From: an uncultured Clostridium sp.
Lineage (GTDB): Bacteria; Bacillota; Clostridia; Christensenellales; CAG-138
DNA length: 64,000 bases
Direction: 5' to 3'
Assembly (NCBI GenBank): GCA_900542285.1
Contig: UQNF01000001.1
Span: 8,663-72,662 of the forward strand
Part shown: one piece after another, positions 57,282 to 64,000 of the stretch
How positions within the stretch are numbered: position 1 is the first letter of the stretch
Layout: every line of letters begins with the position of its first letter
The notes under the pieces: generated by a model
Databases searched by the model: none
The model's input: the letters and a program-made list of their open reading frames with translations, nothing else
What the model was told of the DNA's origin: nothing
Translations under genes and position numbers: made by a program

Positions 57282-58239
57282 TACATACCACGTGCCTATC
57301 ATGCTCTCCGAGGTCATGGAGCTACTCTCGCCGGAGCGTGGCGGAATATTCGTTGACGGAACGCTGGGCGGAGGAGGCCACAGTCAGGGCATCCTTTCAA
57401 GACTCCCGGAAGGTTCGACTCTGTATGGCATAGACCGAGATGACGACGCGTTGGAAGCTGCTGGATACAGACTGCGTGATTACAGTGCATTTAAGCCCAT
57501 AAAGGGCAACTTCTTTAATATGAAAGCCCTCCTGAGCAGTCAGGGCGTAACCGGAGTAGACGGAATACTCCTGGATCTGGGGGTCAGTTCTCACCAGCTG
57601 GACGACGGCAGCAGGGGCTTTTCATACGGAATAGATGCTCCGCTTGACATGCGGATGGACAGGACCCAGAATTTCAGCGCTTACGATGTTGTTAATGGAT
57701 ATTCTTCCAAGCGTCTGTTTGAGATAATTCGTGATTACGGCGAGGAGCGTTTCAGCTCACGCATTGCAAATTCAATAGTTGCGGCAAGGGAAAAGCACCC
57801 CATAAAGACAACTGCTGAGCTTTCGGAGATAATCAAAGCAGCTATCCCGGCTGCGGCAAGGCGCGAGGGCCCTCATCCGGCCAAGCGAACATTTCAGGCG
57901 ATACGTATCGAAGTCAACGGCGAGCTGAATGGCCTTGAAAACACAGTCACCGATGCTGTCGACCTGCTGAACCCCGATGGAGTGATAGCAATTATCAGCT
58001 TCCACTCCCTCGAAGCAAGAATAGTAAAGACAACCTTCCGCAGATTAGCAAATCCGTGCACCTGTCCAAAGGATGCTCCGTTATGTATCTGCGGCAAGAA
58101 ACCAATAGTCCGGCTGCTGACCGGAAAGCCCATCACGGCAAGCGATGCCGAGTTGGAAAGCAATCCACGCGCACGCAGCGCCGAGCTGCGAGGAGCAGTC
58201 AAGCTCATACCAGAAGGAGGAACGGCATATAATGGCTAA
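57274..58239 (+). CDS. rsmH: 16S rRNA (cytosine1402-N4)-methyltransferase
   Basis: HVPIMLSEV...[10 protein letters not shown]...[10 protein letters not shown]...FHSLE. Confidence 0.95.
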   Translation: MADTYHVPIMLSEVMELLSPERGGIFVDGTLGGGGHSQGILSRLPEGSTLYGIDRDDDALEAAGYRLRDYSAFKPIKGNFFNMKALLSSQGVTGVDGILLDLGVSSHQLDDGSRGFSYGIDAPLDMRMDRTQNFSAYDVVNGYSSKRLFEIIRDYGEERFSSRIANSIVAAREKHPIKTTAELSEIIKAAIPAAARREGPHPAKRTFQAIRIEVNGELNGLENTVTDAVDLLNPDGVIAIISFHSLEARIVKTTFRRLANPCTCPKDAPLCICGKKPIVRLLTGKPITASDAELESNPRARSAELRGAVKLIPEGGTAYNG

Positions 58240-58795
58240 CGAATACAGGAACGATTATCAGGCTCGCCGTGCAAGCAGCCTGGCCCAATTCGGAATCACC
58301 GTGGTTTCCGATGCCGGCAGCAATTCATCACAGCGCAGCTATTCCGCAAGCGCTTCCTCATCATACGGTGCCTATTCGTCCGGTCGGAGCGGTGCCCGTG
58401 TTGGCTCAACGCGGTTTGCGGAACAGGGCTCAGCAGCACGAAAGCTCGAGCCGACACCCCAAGAGATACCGAAGCAGGAAAAGGTCAAAAAGCCCGGCAT
58501 CAAAGAGCGTCTTGGCGTTCTCATCAAGACCACCGATGCGGTGCCCAAGGCAATAATCATCTGTCTGGTTCTCGTATTGGCCGCTACGATCTGCATTCCG
58601 CTCGTCGGCTCATATCTTCAGACTGCCGCTCAGCATGAACTTAACAGCGTAAATAAACAGATCAGCGATGTCAACCATGACCTCACTGAACTGCATGAAG
58701 CGTATCTGTTTTCAATAGACAGCAACGAGGCCTGTGCGGCTGCCGTGCATGCCGGCATGGCAAGAGTGGCGCAGTCCACCCCCGTTCATCCGTAA
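58232..58795 (+). CDS. ftsL: FtsL-like cell division protein (Ser-rich cytoplasmic N-terminus, one TM, coiled coil)
   Basis: Start at ATG 58232, behind GGAGGA. TM segment [19 protein letters not shown] followed by a short heptad region. In the canonical position between rsmH and the PBP gene. Confidence 0.65.
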   Translation: MANEYRNDYQARRASSLAQFGITVVSDAGSNSSQRSYSASASSSYGAYSSGRSGARVGSTRFAEQGSAARKLEPTPQEIPKQEKVKKPGIKERLGVLIKTTDAVPKAIIICLVLVLAATICIPLVGSYLQTAAQHELNSVNKQISDVNHDLTELHEAYLFSIDSNEACAAAVHAGMARVAQSTPVHP

Positions 58796-58855
58796 TCGCC
58801 AAAGGCTCATTCGATTCTGTCGCAATGAGCCCTAATTCTGATATAGAGGTACTTA

Positions 58856-61021
58856 ATGGGCAAGAAAGCCAAGCTGAAAATAACGGAAGAAAAGAGTCTC
58901 AGAAGCGCTCCTCGTTATATGAAGCGTGTAAAAACGGTCGCATGGTTTTTTGCTGCGCTGTTTACACTGGTTGCATGCTACATCTTCTATATTTCTGTCA
59001 TTGTAGGTCCGCAGAGAGTGCAGACGGCGGTAAAGCAGTGGACTCATACATCTGCGCTCACCGCTTCAAGGGGCGAAATCGTTGACTGCAACGGCAAGGT
59101 GCTTGCCACGAACGGTACGGTTTATCAGATAGTACTCTGGCCCAAGAACATAACAAAGGGTGACGAATCCCGTGTAGCGCAGGAACTTTCCAACCTATTT
59201 GGCCTTGATTACGAAACGATTTATAAGCGTGCCTGCAATAAGCTCATCGGCGAGTATGTCGTCAAGCGCCAGGTCGATTCGGATACAGTCGAACAGCTCC
59301 GTTCACTCAAGCTGTCCGGCATCGGAGTTCTGACAGACAGCAAGCGGTATTACCCATACGGTACGCTGCTTTCGCAGGTCATCGGTTTCACAACCCGTGA
59401 TAATGTCGGTCAGAGCGGCCTTGAGCTTTCGCTCGATGTATATCTGACCGGAAAGGACGGCACGATAACCACACAGACCGACAGTCAGGGTAATACCCTT
59501 CCCTACACGGGAGAATTCAATACAGATCCAATCAACGGCGCAAAAGTCGTGCTTACAGTGGATCAGGTATTCCAAAGCTACTTGGAAAATGCGCTTGAAG
59601 AAGCGCTGCGCGTAAACAACGCGAAGAATGCTCAGGGGATCATCATGGATGTCAATACAGGCGCGATAAAGGCGATCTCCACAAAGCCCGACTATGATCC
59701 AAACGATCCTCCTCGCAGCAGCCTTGACGAGCTTGCAGCACTTTCCCGCAACAGGATCGTCACCGACGCATACGAACCCGGATCCACCTTCAAGATCCTG
59801 ACTTTGGCTTCTGCCATCGACTGCGGAGTTGCCAATCTTAATTCTACCTATTACTGCAACGGCGGCTATATCGTGAACGGTGAGCGCATAAAATGCTGGC
59901 GTCATGCAGGCCACGGCAGCCAGGATCTCACCAAGGCAACCGAAAACTCCTGCAACTGCTGCTTTATGCAGCTTGCGCTCGGAATGGGCAAGGAGACATT
60001 CTATGATTATCTCTACTCCTTTGGACTCGGTCAAAAGACCGGCGACTTTTTCGGCGGTGAATCAAGTGGTATTGTTACCCACGAAAAATACATCACCGAT
60101 AACGATCTTGCAAGGATAGGCTTTGGACAAAGCATCGCAGTCACCCCCATTCAGCTCGTCACCGCCATATCCGCAGCCGTTAACGGCGGCAAACTATACA
60201 CTCCTTACATCGTTGAGGAGATAGTTGAAGCGGATGGTACTGTTCTTGAATACGGCGGTTCTCACTTTGTCAGGGACGTTATCAAGCCCGAAACCTCCGC
60301 CATCGTAAGACAGATACTCCAAAGCGTTGTAGACAACGGCACCGGAAGGAACTGCCAGATCGAGGGCTATTTCGTTGGCGGCAAGACCGGTACGGCGCAG
60401 AAGTATGATGAATACGGCCGAGTTTCTGCCGGAAGCTACATCTGTTCATTTGTTGGCTTCGCCCCTGCCGATGATCCGCAGTATGTTTGCCTTATCCTTG
60501 TCGATGAGCCAAAGGTCGGCTCTATCTTCGGCAGCACGGTAGCGGCTCCGTTCGTGCAGCGTGTTCTCTCCGAGATCCTCCCCTATGCGGGGATCGCACC
60601 TTCTCACCTCTCCGAAACGGTCGTTGTCCCCGATGTCGTTGGAATGAGCATGGATGAGGCTAACAAGGCCTTGCGTGATGCAGGGCTCGAGGGCCTGTAT
60701 GAATGCGAAGAAACCGTTACGCTTCAAATACCTCCTGCAGGGCAGAGCGTAGTCAAGGGGTCTTCGGTGCTGCTGTACACAGGCTATGAGGGCATAAACA
60801 TCGATGAAGGTGAACCCGAACCATACATGGTTCCGGTGCCCAATCTCTATGGCATGACACCCGTACAGGCTTACAATGCCCTGACCGAAATCGGAATGAT
60901 AATGGAAACCAATCCCGACGACCCATACGGCTTTGTGCTTGAGCAGAGCATACCTGCGGGTACAAAGGTTGAATACGGTTCAGGTATTATCCTTAGATTT
61001 GGATATGAACCGGAAGAATAA
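58856..61021 (+). CDS. class B penicillin-binding protein (PBP2B/SpoVD-like) with two PASTA domains
   Basis: TM anchor. STFK (SxxK), SCN (SxN) and KTGTA. C-terminal PASTA repeats VPDVVGMSMDEANKALRDAGL and VPNLYGMTPVQAYNALTEIGM. Confidence 0.9.
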   Translation: MGKKAKLKITEEKSLRSAPRYMKRVKTVAWFFAALFTLVACYIFYISVIVGPQRVQTAVKQWTHTSALTASRGEIVDCNGKVLATNGTVYQIVLWPKNITKGDESRVAQELSNLFGLDYETIYKRACNKLIGEYVVKRQVDSDTVEQLRSLKLSGIGVLTDSKRYYPYGTLLSQVIGFTTRDNVGQSGLELSLDVYLTGKDGTITTQTDSQGNTLPYTGEFNTDPINGAKVVLTVDQVFQSYLENALEEALRVNNAKNAQGIIMDVNTGAIKAISTKPDYDPNDPPRSSLDELAALSRNRIVTDAYEPGSTFKILTLASAIDCGVANLNSTYYCNGGYIVNGERIKCWRHAGHGSQDLTKATENSCNCCFMQLALGMGKETFYDYLYSFGLGQKTGDFFGGESSGIVTHEKYITDNDLARIGFGQSIAVTPIQLVTAISAAVNGGKLYTPYIVEEIVEADGTVLEYGGSHFVRDVIKPETSAIVRQILQSVVDNGTGRNCQIEGYFVGGKTGTAQKYDEYGRVSAGSYICSFVGFAPADDPQYVCLILVDEPKVGSIFGSTVAAPFVQRVLSEILPYAGIAPSHLSETVVVPDVVGMSMDEANKALRDAGLEGLYECEETVTLQIPPAGQSVVKGSSVLLYTGYEGINIDEGEPEPYMVPVPNLYGMTPVQAYNALTEIGMIMETNPDDPYGFVLEQSIPAGTKVEYGSGIILRFGYEPEE

Positions 61022-61054
61022 ATACGAAATACCTCTGAAAAGGAAAGTGATATT

Positions 61055-62506
61055 ATGCGTCTTAGCAAGCTGGCAAAAAATGTGAACTGCAAGATCATCG
61101 GCGGAGACTGCGATATAAATCGTATCGAATATGACTCTCGCCGTGTCGAACCCGGAAACCTGTTCGTATGTGTCAACGGCACATTCCTGGATGGGCATCA
61201 ATTTGCGGAGTCCGCAGTCAACAGGGGCGCAGCCGCCCTTCTCGCAGAGAGGGAGCTTCCCTTTGAACTGCCTCAGGTCATAGTGCCAAACACCCGTATT
61301 GCAATGGCAGAAATGGCTGCCGAGCTTTACGACCAGCCTGCAAAGGGCATTACGATAATAGGCGTCACCGGAACCAACGGCAAGACGACCACGACATATA
61401 TGCTTAAGAGCATCTTTGAGCAGGCTGGACATAGGGTCGGCATTATCGGCACCATTCGCAATATGGTGGGAAATGCCATAATACCCACTTCGCACACCAC
61501 CCCCGAGAGCGTTGAGCTCATGAGGGTATTCCGCATTATGCGTGACGCCGGTGTGGATGTGATAATCATGGAGGTTAGCTCGCAGGCGCTCGACCAGCAT
61601 CGTGTTCATGGGATCGAGTTCACCGTCGGCGGATTCACCAACTTAACTCAAGACCATCTTGACTATCACAAGACCTTTGAGAACTATATGAAAGCCAAGC
61701 GCATTATGTTTGAAAACGCAAAATTCGCAGTTGTGAATGCTGATGATGCGCATAGCCGGCCATTGATCGAGGGTCTAGGCCTCGGCAGCATGACCTACGG
61801 TATCAGAAGTGCTGATGCCGATGTCAAGGCGTGCGGTATCGATGTCAATTCAAAAGGAATTGAATTCGACCTCGTTGCTCACGATACCACGGAGCACATA
61901 AATGTGAACATTCCGGGACTATTCAACGTATATAACGCGCTGCTCGCCGCATCCATCTCCATGAAGCTTGGAGTCAGCATGGACTGCATTCGCGAAGGCT
62001 TGTCAAGCGTTCGCGGCGTATCGGGAAGGATGGAAGCGCTTGACACCGACGGATTTGACTTTTCCGTAATACTCGATTTTGCTCACACTCCGGACGGACT
62101 AATGAATCTGTTGACCTCCGTGCATGAGTTTGCCAAGGCGAGGATAATAACCGTTTTCGGCTGCGGCGGAGACAAGGATAAGACCAAGCGTCCCATCATG
62201 GGCGAAATGGCCGGAATGTATTCGGATTTCTGCGTCGTCACCAGCGATAACCCGCGCACCGAGGATCCCATGAAGATCATTGACATGGTGCTCGAGGGTG
62301 TTCACAAGACCAAGTGTGAATATGAGGTCATTGAAAACCGCCGCGAAGCTATCAGGTTCGCTCTCAGCATTGCGCAGCCCGATGACGTCGTCGTGCTCGC
62401 AGGGAAAGGCCACGAAACATATCAGGAGATCAACGGCGTAAAGCACCCCTTTGATGAGAAGATCATCGTTGAGGAGCTGCTTGACGATATGCGCAGAAAG
62501 GATTGA
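61055..62506 (+). CDS. murE: UDP-N-acetylmuramoyl-L-alanyl-D-glutamate--2,6-diaminopimelate ligase
   Basis: GVTGTNGKTTT and the DNPR motif (SDNPRTEDP) typical of meso-DAP-adding MurE. Confidence 0.95.
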   Translation: MRLSKLAKNVNCKIIGGDCDINRIEYDSRRVEPGNLFVCVNGTFLDGHQFAESAVNRGAAALLAERELPFELPQVIVPNTRIAMAEMAAELYDQPAKGITIIGVTGTNGKTTTTYMLKSIFEQAGHRVGIIGTIRNMVGNAIIPTSHTTPESVELMRVFRIMRDAGVDVIIMEVSSQALDQHRVHGIEFTVGGFTNLTQDHLDYHKTFENYMKAKRIMFENAKFAVVNADDAHSRPLIEGLGLGSMTYGIRSADADVKACGIDVNSKGIEFDLVAHDTTEHINVNIPGLFNVYNALLAASISMKLGVSMDCIREGLSSVRGVSGRMEALDTDGFDFSVILDFAHTPDGLMNLLTSVHEFAKARIITVFGCGGDKDKTKRPIMGEMAGMYSDFCVVTSDNPRTEDPMKIIDMVLEGVHKTKCEYEVIENRREAIRFALSIAQPDDVVVLAGKGHETYQEINGVKHPFDEKIIVEELLDDMRRKD

Positions 62507-62512
62507 TCCGTT

Positions 62513-63532
62513 ATGCAAAGGATGATTTTCGCATTTATCGCAGCGGCTGCGATCGCCATGCTGCTTGCTCCCGTCTTTATCCCGATGCTTAGGCGGCTTA
62601 AATTTGGACAAGTTGAGCGCAAGGAAGGGCCTCATGCCAACTCCGCAAAGGAGGGCACGCCTACTATGGGAGGCATCATGTTCATCATCAGCATCGTGGT
62701 GGCAGCGGCCGTATTTTCCATATATAACATCGCCCTGAGCTTTTCCATCCCTGCAATTCTCATGATGCTCGCATTTGGATTGGTGGGCTTTCTCGATGAC
62801 TTTATCAAGGTCAGGCTTAAGCGGAATCTGGGTCTCAAGGCCTATCAAAAGATAATCGCACAGCTGCTGCTCTCATTTGCCGTTGCATACTATGCATACA
62901 AGAGCGAGTTCATCGGTTCCGTGCTTTACGACCCTATCTTCGGCGAGATCGATCTCGGCTGGGGCTATATCCCATTCATAATGTTTGTGGTAATAGCTAT
63001 CGTCAACAGCGCCAACCTTACCGATGGTCTGGACGGACTTCTGGGAGGAGTATCCATAGTCTACTCCATTGCAATGGGCGTGTTGTTCCTGTATTTTGCC
63101 GGAGTATTCAATACCGGATTTGCCGGTAATCCCCTATTTGTCGCGCATAGCGACGGTATGATCTCAATGGCAGTATTCGCATTTGCAGTTGCAGGAGGGT
63201 GCACTGGCTTCCTTAAGTCCAACAGCTATCCTGCCAAGGTTTTCATGGGCGATACCGGCTCAATGGCCCTGGGCGGAGCGATGTGTGCTATGGTCATCTA
63301 CTCTCGCTCTCCTTTCCTGTTCCTTCTGATGGGCGCTTGCATCGTTGCGTCTGCCGTCAGCGTCGTGCTGCAGGTGGGCTCATTCAAGCTCCGCCACGGA
63401 AAACGCATATTCAAGATGGCTCCGCTTCACCATCACTTTGAGCTGCTCGGATACCCAGAGACCAAGATAGTGAACGGTTACATGATAGTGACTGCGCTCA
63501 CCTGTCTTATCGCTCTTGCGCTGTTCCTTTGA
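62513..63532 (+). CDS. mraY: phospho-N-acetylmuramoyl-pentapeptide transferase
   Basis: GTPTMGG, NLTDGLDGL, MGDTGSMALGG and APLHHHFE. Confidence 0.95.
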   Translation: MQRMIFAFIAAAAIAMLLAPVFIPMLRRLKFGQVERKEGPHANSAKEGTPTMGGIMFIISIVVAAAVFSIYNIALSFSIPAILMMLAFGLVGFLDDFIKVRLKRNLGLKAYQKIIAQLLLSFAVAYYAYKSEFIGSVLYDPIFGEIDLGWGYIPFIMFVVIAIVNSANLTDGLDGLLGGVSIVYSIAMGVLFLYFAGVFNTGFAGNPLFVAHSDGMISMAVFAFAVAGGCTGFLKSNSYPAKVFMGDTGSMALGGAMCAMVIYSRSPFLFLLMGACIVASAVSVVLQVGSFKLRHGKRIFKMAPLHHHFELLGYPETKIVNGYMIVTALTCLIALALFL

Positions 63533-63718
63533 TCAGGCAGCGCTTCCCGTTCGCCGATCCACGATCCAAATGGGTCGTTATGGGCGAATGAAATCATTGC
63601 TTCGAGCGGTTGCTTCCGTCTCGATGCTCAACGGCACTTTAGGTATTCTATGGTGCCTTATCTACATAGAATTAAATGACTTGCTCGGCAAAGCACGCAC
63701 GCCGAAGGAGGAGACGCT

Positions 63719-64000
63719 ATGAAGAAAAAAAACGCATTAGTTGTCGGAATGGCAAAGAGCGGTATCGCATCCGCTATTCTGCTGTATAAAAAGGGTTACA
63801 ACGTTTGTATCAATGACCTCAAATCCGACATCCCCGGGCTGGACGAGGCACTCAAGGACATCAAATACACCAAGATGCTCGGAGTTCCCCCGGAGGCGCT
63901 GCTCGATGGAATTGACCTGATGGTGCTTTCACCCGTTATCCCCATCTTCCGTCCGTTCGTTAAGGAAGCACTCGCAAGAGGGATAGAGGTCATCGGTGAA
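63719..64000 (+). CDS. murD: UDP-N-acetylmuramoylalanine--D-glutamate ligase (N-terminal part; continues beyond the window)
   Basis: Not in the ORF track (no stop in the window). The ATG at 63719 is behind GGAGGAG. The translation MKKKNALVVGMAKSGIASAILLYKKGYNV... matches the MurD N-terminal Rossmann motif. It sits after mraY. Confidence 0.85.
   Translation, partial: MKKKNALVVGMAKSGIASAILLYKKGYNVCINDLKSDIPGLDEALKDIKYTKMLGVPPEALLDGIDLMVLSPVIPIFRPFVKEALARGIEVIGE

Noticed and set aside
62507-62512. Absence of murF between murE and mraY.
   Set aside because: The same order (murE-mraY-murD, with murF elsewhere) occurs in B. subtilis, so it is not anomalous.
63533-63718. An unusually long 186-nt mraY-murD spacer and the overlapping ORF 63516-63722 (68 aa, TTG start).
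   Set aside because: I see no strong secondary structure, promoter or conserved-looking peptide. The ORF lacks an RBS. It is noted only as slightly long for an intra-operon gap.
1-64000. Scan for CRISPR arrays, IS elements or transposases, rRNA, retron or DGR reverse transcriptases, and restriction-modification genes.
   Set aside because: No spaced direct-repeat array, transposase-like ORF, RT motif (YxDD) ORF or methyltransferase/endonuclease pair was seen. The only mobile-element trace is the integrase relic at 9651-9905.

Overview
Chromosomal segment of a spore-forming Firmicute, most likely class Clostridia. This is inferred from gene content: spoIIR, sleB-ypeB, ytfJ/ytfI, a spoVD-like PBP and a Bacillus-type long SRP RNA. 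The window is almost entirely core genome. From left to right it holds: comEC (partial), ridA, a GNAT, comFC, recD2 and ispE; spoIIR-sleB-ypeB; a small accessory islet at tRNA-Arg(CCU); proS; SRP RNA; a heterodimeric ABC exporter pair; a two-gene glycan module (EpsG-like protein plus a PGT-GT4 fusion); a split four-subunit Na+-pumping oxaloacetate decarboxylase; rluB-like, dac, ytfJ and ytfI; ruvCAB; prfA-prmC-DUF1385-cysS; a MutS-domain-V ATPase paired with a P-loop protein; PBP1A; thrE; tRNA-Arg(ACG); pyrH-frr-uppS-cdsA-dxr-rseP; radC and maf; and the dcw cluster mraZ-rsmH-ftsL-pbp-murE-mraY-murD (partial). I saw no CRISPR array, intact transposase, rRNA or intact prophage. The one clearly accessory stretch is about 9.0-11.1 kb. 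It contains an XRE regulator, an integrase C-terminal relic, a HEPN-like (RNNILH) ORF directly downstream of tRNA-Arg(CCU), and an unusual tRNA leader. That leader is a consensus promoter, then a 40-nt copy of the tRNA 5' half, then about 180 nt of strong hairpins and tandem decamers. This leader and the HEPN ORF are my best candidates for something undescribed. The orphan P-loop plus MutS-like pair is second. All functional calls come from reading the translated ORFs and motifs by eye; no database search was run.
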